Assembly (NCBI RefSeq): GCF_006345805.1
Contig: NC_043001.1
Location: forward strand, 85,932,001-85,996,000
Origin: Octopus sinensis
Taxonomy: Eukaryota
Reading direction: 5' to 3'
DNA length: 64,000 bases
The notes under the pieces are model-generated. The model had not been told where the DNA came from and did no database searches. It worked only from the letters and a program-made list of their open reading frames with translations. The stretch's first letter is position 1; each line of letters opens with the position of its first letter. The position numbers and the translations under genes were made by a program. Positions 53,871-64,000 of the stretch are shown in pieces.

Positions 53871-54248
53871 TTGAGGGTTTTGAATGAAGTATTTCTTATC
53901 CAATTAAACCCAAATGCTGCTTAATGCGTAAGTAATAAACACATAAACATACTCACTCACGTACACACACAGATAAACATATATACATGCATACGCACAT
54001 ATATACACACACGTATATATATATATATATATATGTATAAGGATATATGTATATATTGTAGACATGAGTGAGCGTTTGTCTTTATGAGCTACGTGCGTAT
54101 ACCTATACATATACATATATATGTACATATTACACACACATTCACATATATTGGTGTTAAGTTTGCATACATATTTACATACATACTTACATACATACAT
54201 ACATATATATATATAATATATATATATATTATATATATATATATATAC

Positions 54249-54279
<31 letters not shown>

Positions 54280-54403
54280 ATATATATATATATACATACA
54301 TATATATGTATGCATATACCAATATGTGCGTGTGAAATATATGTGCATATATGCATTTATATATATGTTTGTACATATACTAGTGTATATGGAAATACAT
54401 ACA

Positions 54404-54455
<52 letters not shown>

Positions 54456-54488
54456 CACATGTATATATTTGTGTATGTATATACATAC

Positions 54489-54529
<41 letters not shown>

Positions 54530-55111
54530 TGTATATGCGTACGTGCGTACGTCTATGCTTTTTTCTGTATTACATGTGTATGACTTTATGACGGAGTGAC
54601 AGAGTGGAGAGAAACGAATGGAGAGAGAGAGAGTGAGAGAGAAGAGAGAGAGAGAGAGAGTGAGAGAAGAAAGAGAGAGGGAGACGCAGGCAGACAAACC
54701 GGCGTATCAAGATAAGAAGCAAATGAGAGAGAATGTATGCTACTGAATAGAGAATATGCATCAGTGAAATATGATAAAATAAATGACAAATTATAACAAA
54801 AACTGGAAGGAAAACCTATCATATTACGCCTAAGATAATGTTACAGAAAGAAAATGTCAGTCTTATCGCTAGATGTGTTTTTTTTTAAAAAACTATCTTA
54901 CCATATCAGTTGTTAATGACACAGTTCCACGGAAGCTAGAGTATTAATTGAATGTTCTTTTCTAATATTCTAAGGCATTATATTAATCTAGGAATAATTC
55001 TGCCGAGGTCGACTCTGCCTCTCATCGTTTCTTGCTTGATAAAACAAGTAGCAGCAGATCCCTGGTGTCGATATAAACGACTAAACTCCTCCCACAAAAA
55101 TTCAAAAATTG

Positions 55112-55280
55112 TGGCTGCTTACCAACCACATGGTTCCGGGTTCAGTTCCACTGCGTGGCATCTTGGGCAAGTGTCTTCTGCTATAGCCTCGGGCCGACCA
55201 AAGCCTTGTGAGTGGATTTGGTCGACGGAAACTGAAAGAAGCCCGTCGTATATATATGTATATATGTATATATATATGTA

Positions 55281-55332
<52 letters not shown>

Positions 55333-55557
55333 AGTGTGTGTATATATATTTGTGTGTCTGTGTTTGTACCCCCAGCATCGCTTGACAACCGATGCTGGTG
55401 TGTTTACGTCCCCGTAACCTAGCGGTTCGGCAAAAGAGATCGATAGAATAAGTACTAGGCTTACAAAGAATAAGCCCTGGAGTCGATTTGCTCGACTAAA
55501 GGCGGTGCTCCAGCATGGCCACAGTCAAATGACTGAAACAAGTAAAAGAATAAAAGA
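55112..55557 (+). mobile_element. SINE family A, near full length (5'-clipped)
   Basis: Collinear with other copies; preceded by a family B-like fragment (~54985-55110). Confidence 0.92.
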
Positions 55558-56166
55558 TTATTATAAGCAAATCTTCAGTGCGGTATTGCAGCAAGAAATT
55601 GCAGAAATGTGTTACTTGGATCAAGAAACTACCAGTAAATGATGTATGTGTGTATGTAGGTGCGCTTGTGTGTGTGTGTGTGTGCGTGCGCGCGCAAGTA
55701 CATACACGCAGGCACAGATATTTTTACGGAAGCACATTAGCCTAGAGAGTGTAAATTTAGTTCCGGTAAGATTAATATTTAATGACTATGAATGAACATT
55801 TCAACCTGTAGTCGATCCTCTGTCTATACGACTAGATACGAATTACGCAGGTGGGGGACATAAACGTAAGAATGCAAAATGACAAGAATATTGACTATTT
55901 AAATCTTGGTAGTCAGTGGGCGGTGGAGCATCTTAATATTTCAATGACACTTCACTTCTCATCCGCTTTTGCACAATGTAGCAAGAAACTTTTTTTCCGT
56001 TTAACCATCCAATGTGTGTGGGCGTGTGTGTGTGTGTGTGTGTGTGTTGTAATTTAGAATAAACAATTGTGATTATAGTAGCTCTTCACTCCGACATTCA
56101 AGATTACGAGTACTATGACAAATTTTTACTGTTTTTTCTACATCATAGCATATATAAACAATCCTC

Positions 56167-58085
56167 GGTTAATATAGGGCGTTACGATTATCAGAAAATC
56201 AACAAAAAAATGTGTGTAATAGGTGTAAAACAACTTCCTATGAACGAATATGAAAACAAAAATTCGCGCACGCGAAAGGGGGGTGGGGGGGAGGCCTCGG
56301 AAAATTCACATCGGGAAGTTCCGAAAGCGTCTGAGGAGCTGACCCGGGCACCAAAACAAAAAAAAAATAGTGTAATATGTGTAAAACAACTTGCTCTAAA
56401 CGAATATGACCAAAAAATGCGCTCTCGCGAAAGAGGGGTGGGGGAGAGGCCTCGGAAAATTTATATCGGGAATTTCCGAAAGCGTCTGAACCGGGCACAA
56501 AAACAAAAACAAAAACAGCGTAATAGGTGTAAAACAACTTGCTCTAAACGACTATCATGAAAAAAATGCGCGCTCGCGAAAGGGGGGTGGGGGAGAGGCT
56601 TCGGAAATTTCACATCTTCAGTCCACGGCCTTTAAACTAAGAAAAAATAGTGTAATTGGTGTAAAACTACTTGTTCTAAACGAGTATCAAGAACACACGC
56701 TCACACATGAATCATAAAATCATATTTCGCAAAAAAAAAAAATAAAGAGAAGAAATTCTGGAAAAAGTGAAGAAATGTTGGATCTCCGCCATGTGAATCA
56801 AAATACGTGTCAGAAACATCTTGAAATACTACAGAAATTATGTTATGAAAATGATAATGTATACATACCTCTTTGAGTGGTCCATCGATAATGATGATAA
56901 AGAAATGAGTTGGATTTGAACTCAGAATATTGACTAACACAACTACATACTACAAGACTCAAAATATTCAGCCAAGTCACCACCCTTTAACTAGCAATAA
57001 TAATAACATCAATAACATAACAGCCAAAAGATTTATTTGTTCTGAAAATAACAATCATAGTAAATAAATATGTTCTTTAATATTCACATTCATGTGCACA
57101 GTTAAACACACTTACATACAAACAGTCACGCATGCATAATACAGAACGGAACACATAAATGAAGGATGCATCTAGAGAATTTTGATTAATAAGTCAAATA
57201 TGCAAATTATAAAGGTAATTAATTGCTTTACTAAACAGTGTTGTAAAGGTGAAAAAATAAATTTGGGAAAAAAATACACGCCAAAACTAATTAATAAAGG
57301 ATAATCAGGGAAGGATTGACACAAAATAATAATTTTTTCTGTCTCTTTTTTTCTGATAAATGCATCTTAATAAGTGAGAAGAATTGCATATATCTGAACT
57401 ATTTCAAAGAAAAGCATAAATTTAATGTTTAAAATAGCTTTAACCAAGGAATGAGATCCAACATTTCTTCACTTTTTCCAGAATTTCTTCTCTTTATTTA
57501 TTTTTGTTTTTGCGAAATATGTACAAAAATACGGAGTTTATGATTCATGTGTGAGTGTGTGTTCTTGATACTCGTTTAGAACAAGTAGTTTTACACCAAT
57601 TACACTATTTTTTCTTAGTTTAAAGGCCGTGGACTGAAGATGTGAAATTTCCGAAGCCTCTCCCCACCCCCCTTTCGCGAGCGCGCATTTTTTTCATGAT
57701 AGTCGTTTAGAGCAAGTTGTTTTACACCTATTACGCTATTTTTGTTTTTGTTTTTGTGCCCGGTTCAGACGCTTTCGGAAATTCCCGATATAAATTTTCC
57801 GAGGCCTCTCCCCACCCCTCTTTCGCGAGAGCGCATTTTTTTGTCATATTCGTTTAGAGCAAGTTGTTTTACACATATTACACTATTTTTTTTTTGTTTT
57901 GGTGCCCGGGTCAGCTCCTCAGACGCTTTCGGAACTTCCCGATGTGAATTTTCCGAGACCTCTCCCCCACCCCCCTTTCGCATGCGCGAATTTTTTTTTC
58001 ATATTCGTTCATAGGAAGTTGTTTTACACCTATTACACACATTTTTTTTTTGATTTTCTGATAATCGTAACGCCCTATATTAACC
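56167..58085. mobile_element. Non-autonomous foldback DNA transposon (1919 bp) with modular ~620-bp TIRs, GG termini, 8-bp TSD CAATCCTC
   Basis: Arms 56167-56786 and 57453-58085, each with ~3.5 subrepeats of ~130-160 bp. TSD at 56159-56166 and 58086-58093; AT-rich 666-bp spacer without a convincing ORF. Confidence 0.92.
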
Positions 58086-58093
58086 CAATCCTC

Positions 58094-58159
58094 TATTTAT
58101 CTAATACCGAGGCCTTATTTTTTGTTGTTAATTTTTATTACATGTGTATATACATATAT

Positions 58160-58223
<64 letters not shown>

Positions 58224-58410
58224 ATAAAAATTAACAACAAAAGAATAAGGCCTCGGTATTAGATAATTAGAGGATCGTTTATATATATATATATATATGT
58301 ATATACACATATAATAAAAATTAACAACAAAAGAATAAGGCCTCGGTATTAGATAAATAGAGGATTATTTATATATGCTATGATGTAGAAAAAACAGTAA
58401 AAATTTGTCA
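58094..58410. repeat. Inverted and tandem copies of the foldback target region around a (TA)n centre
   Basis: AATAAGGCCTCGGTATTAGATAAATAGAGGATT...GTAAAAATTTGTCAT (~58325-58410) is the reverse complement of 56115-56166 joined to 58094-58120. Confidence 0.85.
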
Positions 58411-58476
58411 TATATGTATGCGTGTGTTTATATATATATATATATGTATGCGTGTGTTTATATATATATATATTTA

Positions 58477-58531
<55 letters not shown>

Positions 58532-58670
58532 TATATATATGTTATATATATATATATATAAATTCGGGGTGAGTACTTGATAATTATAAGCACCTGTGTA
58601 TACCGTTTGGTGGTGTAGGTGGTGGAGTAAATTGATCAAAATAAAATAAAAACATGATGCGAAGGATTCA

Positions 58671-58748
58671 GCGGTACATATGTTTCGGGCCTTTATTAGA
58701 CAGATTTATAACAATGCATAATGTATGTCTGTGGCCTTCTTCAGCCGC
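58671..58748 (-). ncRNA. Type I hammerhead ribozyme motif, long stem II, palindromic stem III
   Basis: Minus strand: GCGG-CTGAAGA-AGGCC...GGCCC-GAA-AC(ATAT)GT-A-CCGC. GUA triplet; the 10.1/11.1 pair is an A.C mismatch. Confidence 0.65.
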
Positions 58749-60124
58749 GCACAACAGCTTCCACAAGGACATGTGTTACATCAAAAATTCTTGGTTGGGG
58801 ATGCAAATCCTCTCATTCACGTACGACATAATGCGGCAGCAGCATAGAATTGAAGCGTCCATCTCTTTCTTCTCTCAATGTAGAATGAGGAAAATTGGAT
58901 GTTGAGGTAATGTAAATAAATAAATACATATATAGAGGTGAAGATGGAGGGGCGAGAGTTCGGGACGAGGGATAAAAAATGAATAAAAAGTGTAAGTATA
59001 GAATAATATAAAAATGTAGAGGATAAAGATATAAAGAGTTGTAAGGAGATGTAAAGGGGGTATAAAGAAATATAAAGAAATATAAATAAATGTAAAGGCA
59101 TAAGGTTATAAAGTAAAAATAGAAATAGAAATAAAAGTAAAAAAACCTGATAAAACCATGATAAAAGTGTAAAAGAATGTAAAGATAAGGGATGTATAGA
59201 GGTTACGGACCAAGCATGGTGGTCAGGAGATTGATAAAATTTAGTTGTAGAATTGTCAGTAAATCAACAGTTTCGTCTGGGGACTTAATGCGTTGTAAAT
59301 CAGAGCTGATGAGCATTTAATCTGGTTCCTTGAATTAAATGGATTTCTAGTACATACATATCATCATGGATACATACACCCACATACACGCGTACATATA
59401 CGCCTCCAAGCCTATAAGCATACACACGCACTCGCGCGTAAACACGTACATAAACACACACGCACCCACACTCACGCGCGTACACACACATACATACAAC
59501 AGAATATCCGCATATATACACGGACATTACGCGCGTACACGCTCACATGTATATACGCGCGCCCATCACTACATACACACACGTATATGCCCACGCCTCT
59601 AGGTCCAGGTATAAGATATTAAAGGATGTGTATAAGAACGTAAGTAAAGAATCCCGTACTCATGTCAACATGCGCACGCACACACGGCTGTATGTCCGTA
59701 TGTGCGTGCACATATACACTCATATACACACACAGAGAGACACACGCGCACACGGGTATAGCTATAAGATATCGAAGTATGCATGTACATATATGCGCGT
59801 GCATATGTATGTGTGCGTACACACACGTACGCGGACGCTCGTATATTCAAAAGGTGGATCCATAGGTAAGTAAATAAACATATATAGAGGTGTAAAGCGA
59901 TAAGTTAGGGGTAAGAATGAGGGTAAGGGTAAAGATTAGAAATAAAAAATACAGTATAAAATAAGAAATACAATGTAATAGTTAGAAATGAAGTATAAGA
60001 ATTATAAAAATTATAAGAGTTAAGGTAAGGGATGAAAATGAAAATGAGAATAAATGGAAGTAGAATAAAAGTAAAAATAAAATTAAAAATAAAAATAAAT
60101 GGAAGTAGGATAAAAGTAAAAATA

Positions 60125-60285
60125 AAAGTAAAAATAAAAATAAAATAAAATAAGATAAAATAAGATAAAATAAGATAAAATAAGATAAAATAAAATAAAA
60201 TAAAATAAAATAAAATAAAATAAAATAAGATAAAATAAAATAAGATAAAATAAAATAAAATAAAATAAAATAAAAAAAGATAAAA
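60125..60285. repeat. (AAAAT/AAGAT)n pentanucleotide array
   Basis: Direct reading. Confidence 0.95.
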
Positions 60286-60662
60286 ATATAATTTTGTAAA
60301 GTTTAACATGAGATGAAGGTGGTTGAAAGTTAGAGGTGTGTGTTAAACGTAGGGGCGGGCGGGGGGAACTGAAAATTGGAAGGGTGGGAAGTGGAGTTTG
60401 GCGGTGTGCGTTCAACATCTGAGTTAGAAATGTGAAAGGGTATAGATGTAGGGAATTGAAGAGACTACATAGGGAGGATATGGGTGTAGGAGAAGAAATA
60501 TTTAGGGAAAAGAAGTCATATATGGGAGACAAAATTTGTATATATAGGGGGAAAATGCAGGGAACCGTATATGCACATACACACACCCACACACACACAC
60601 ACACACGCACATGTATATATATATGTATGTGTACACATACGTACACGTATGTGCACATACAT

Positions 60663-60700
<38 letters not shown>

Positions 60701-61019
60701 ACGCACATATAGGAAAGCGGGATGTGCTGGAGCCGACAGGTTGCACCGGGTGGGAGGAAATTGCATGGGGGAGTTGGTATAAGACCTAAGCATTGTAGTA
60801 TTTGAAAGTATTAATAAGTTTATGTATACAGGATGGTTTGAACTCTGACCTTTTGTTAATAAGATTGTGTTTGTCTTTGAATTTCAAGATGTTCAGGAGT
60901 TCTACACAGCATAGTTGGCATCCTGCTCTATTATTTAAATAAGGTGCAGCTGATCCGATGATGGACCATCTGAGTTTGAAGTCTATGCATTTGTCTTTTA
61001 ATTCCCAAATTCTTTTAGA

Positions 61020-61854
61020 GAGGGAGGTGCTGTTAGCCTTATGTCTGTGTCTCAGCGAGGACAGAGCTCCACGTTGTTACAAGTGTGGCCTGAGGGGCCA
61101 CATAAGAGCTAACTGCCCTCCCCCAGAGAAAGATATGGATGCGGAACCACAAAGAGAGGCGGGAAAAGAGCAGAAAACAGAAGAGAAGGAGATAACAGAA
61201 GAAGAAAAGAATTCAAAAGAATGGGAAGAAGCCAGGAGAAAGAGGAAAAAAAGAATAAGAGGAAAAGCAAACAGTACGGACTCCCAAACCACCCCAACAC
61301 CACCCACACCCTCTGAGTCCCACCCTCTCCCTGCAGACAGTGAACCCACCCGCTCCCCTCCAACAAGAAAACAGAAAAAGAAAAGACACACACAACCATG
61401 ATACAAAAAATGAACCCAGGCCAAACATTGTATGTATGACGGGAAAAGAAAAAATTAAAAAGACAATGGAAGAATATCAATGGTGTGATAGAGGACCGAT
61501 CAGGTATGCAGTAATTGGAAAAGAACGAATGGACGAGTTTATGATAATGTGTGAAAGGAAGCATTGGGAAGTAAATGAAGTGAGAATGGTCGAAAAAATC
61601 ATGAGGGATTTGGAAGAGACGTTTGAAACAAGGATGGAGATGGAAGGACTTTGTATAGAAACCGAACAAGGAGCATTTGTGTGGGATTAACAACTAAAGG
61701 ACAGGTAAGTGATGCTAGTGGATGGGGCCGTTAGCATCACTTTCATGTTATCATTTTCAAAATTCATCTTTCATTCGTTGTAATCGTGATGTTCTATGTC
61801 CCCAATGTTTGTAGTGTCACCCTCTGTGTGGCCCCTAGTGGGTAATAAAGAAAA
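61020..61854 (+). mobile_element. 5'-truncated ORF1-only non-LTR retroelement (gag-like CCHC zinc knuckle), frameshifted, with LINE/SINE-type 3' tail
   Basis: CYKCGLRGHIRANC (61075-61116). Overlapping ORFs 60958-61401 and 61340-61690; ~160-bp UTR ending GCCCCTAGTGGGTAATAAAGAAA; no APE or RT between ORF and tail. Confidence 0.7.
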
Positions 61855-62159
61855 CTCTTTCTTTTGGGCTTATCCGAGCATGAATGCTTCAATAGGAAAG
61901 CACACAACATTGTGCTAGCCTGGTACGCGATGATGTCTGTCTTTGTGTATTTTTCCCCTTACGAAGGAGGTATTATCTTGATGCACCCTAGTGCTTTAAA
62001 CATAATAATACACCCCTGAAATGGCCATAGGGATTAAGTAAATATGGTTTCCTCTTTCTTGACTATAAGGCTTCTCTTACTTGAATAATTTTATAAGATT
62101 TCTAAACGATGAACTTTTATTTTATTTACATGATATATATTATATATTTTTATATGCTT

Positions 62160-62209
<50 letters not shown>

Positions 62210-62541
62210 TATATATATATATTTTTATATATCTATATATTTTTATATATTACTTTATATTATATTTTTACTTTCTAGATGTTGTAATGTTTTGTTTTTT
62301 TTTAAATGTATTTTTCTGAATCGCTAAAGTATTAACTCTAAACCGTGATGAACTTTTTTCTCGCACCTTATTATATGCTTATTGCTTGTACAGATGAATT
62401 ATGTTCCATCTTGCGGGATGTTTAAATGTATATTCTATGATTAAATGCTCGAATTATGAAATGTTATGCGGATGACCTTGCATTTGTTTGTTCTTTAACT
62501 TTAGTTTGATATATATATATATATATTATATATATATATAT

Positions 62542-62587
<46 letters not shown>

Positions 62588-63030
62588 TATATGGAAACAC
62601 ATATACGCACATAAAGGCGTGTGAGTATGTAAGTATAATATTTCGACATTTACGTTTATGTATTTGCATGTGTGTGTATAGGTTTGTGTTTGCTAGTGTG
62701 TGTATATGTGGAAAGAAAGGTATTTTTCTATGTGTGTTTGCGCGATTGAGATCACATCCGTTGTAATGGCAATAATGTTCATGTTAACGTTCTTCGTCGG
62801 CTTTGTAGTCATGTTGATATGAACGCTGGTGGATGCGCTACTAAGCGATGTCTTCAGTAATATTCTGTCGTATCGTTAACTAGACGGCGGAAATGTTTGG
62901 TAGAAACAATTTGCTGCAAAAAATTGTTTCGATTCCATGATGGATCATTTCTCTCATCATGTTTATTATTGTTAGTATAATTTTATAGACTTGTATCATT
63001 CATTATTATTGCTATTATTATTATTATTAT

Positions 63031-63589
63031 ATTCAAAATCCGTTCATTACAGACTCGTGAAGCTTTGTTGAACAGCTGTTGTTGCGTGTTGAACAGATCC
63101 GGTTATCACCCGAGTTCATTGTGAAGATCGCCCCGTTGCCTTCCTTTGGCAGAAAAGGAAAGGCAACTTTCCCTTGTGTGGCGGCTATGACGAAGGAGGT
63201 AGTATAGTGGACGAGATTGAAAAGACTAAAAACAGACACGTTCCTCTTCGGCCAAGCCCTCATCGACTTTTTCAAGTTCCACCTGTAAAAGAAAGTGAAA
63301 GAAAAGAGGGAAGGTCTGCGCCTCCCACCCAGTAAATTTGTTGAAAGGCGGTTGAATGTGGCGAGGATAGCCCGTGTGAATGGGCCAAGTCTGAACCTTC
63401 GTTTGTAAACCGGAGGAATTTGAGGAGTGGAGCGCCTGCTAAGGTGCATCTGGTGGTCGAGATAACCAGAATGTGTTGGGTTCCTCGGTTGTTCCTCTGA
63501 GAAACTCCACTCAGTTTGGGGGATTTTTTTTTGTTTAATTGTGTCAATTTTTTGTTTGTCGTTGTGGCCCCTGCAGCCAATAAAAGAAA
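63031..63589 (+). mobile_element. Tx1/L1-type LINE 3' fragment (ORF2 C-terminus and 3' UTR)
   Basis: Plus frame FVEQLLLRVEQIRLSPEFIVKI...AMTKEVV*WTRLKRLKTDTFLFGQALIDFFKFHL resembles L1-clade ORF2 ends (clade from recall). Tail GTGGCCCCTGCAGCCAATAAAAGAAA. Confidence 0.65.
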
Positions 63590-63594
63590 GTACT

Positions 63595-63628
63595 ATCTTC
63601 ATCATCATCATCCTTATTATTGTTATTG

Positions 63629-63711
<83 letters not shown>

Positions 63712-63718
63712 GTTATTA
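63595..63718. repeat. (CAT)n-(TAT)n trinucleotide array
   Basis: Direct reading. Confidence 0.97.
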
Positions 63719-64000
63719 TATGTTTGACTTTTGCTTTACATTTGCACAAGCTGGCTCCAAGTCTCACCCAGAGACCTCAAGAGACAACAAGTTGGAAGTT
63801 CGTGTTGGTGTTATGCCTAGTGTGCCATATATTTGGTTTTGTACTTAGTGTTGTACTAGTGAATGTCTTAAAAAACCATACGAAAATTATGTTTGTTTTA
63901 AAACTTGAGATTACATAGAAAGTATTTTGCGTAGGATATGAGCAGTACCCATGACCACTATCTTTTGAATTTCTGCCATTTTGGGGTTTCCTGGTATCTG

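Noticed and set aside
56069-56560. 163-aa ORF with an internal repeat (also 56238-, 57742+, 57765-)
   Set aside because: Arises from the non-coding TIR subrepeats of the foldback element.
56212-56690. Regularly spaced repeats resembling a CRISPR array
   Set aside because: Whole units including spacers are homologous and mirrored in the opposite arm; eukaryotic context with no cas genes.
59265-59370. CTGATGAG followed by an 8-bp stem, and a nearby GACGAAAC on the other strand
   Set aside because: No GAAA after the stem; the two half-motifs are on opposite strands.
63033-63767. 244-aa minus-strand ORF
   Set aside because: Antisense to the LINE ORF2 fragment and fused to an (ATA)n tract.

Overview
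AT-rich, microsatellite-dense eukaryotic DNA that is almost entirely interspersed repeats. I recognise the SINE families as resembling those of Octopus (coleoid cephalopod); this is recall, not a database search. I cannot support any host protein-coding gene, tRNA, rRNA or CRISPR array, and nearly all ORF-track entries are translations of (TA)n, (CA)n, (GATA)n or (ATT)n. Supportable content: several tRNA-derived SINE families; decayed DNA transposons (hAT, DD34D mariners including a tandemly duplicated pair, DD37D maT elements, pogo/Tigger-type MITEs); LINE remnants (RTE, R4/Dong RLE-type, Tx1/L1-type 3' end); a 279-bp solo LTR with a 5-bp TSD; and a 1.9-kb foldback element with modular ~620-bp TIRs and an 8-bp TSD. 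Two signals stand out. First, a set of type I hammerhead ribozyme motifs: an extended one at 38313-38398 inside a 337-bp direct-repeat-bounded retrozyme/Penelope-pLTR-like unit, a minimal A3:U8 variant at 5299-5333, one inside a 345-bp-arm palindrome at 28512-28569, and one at 58671-58748. Second, a zinc-knuckle ORF1-only retroelement whose 3' tail resembles those of a SINE family and of a Tx1-type LINE end in the same window. Long inverted repeats are also frequent.
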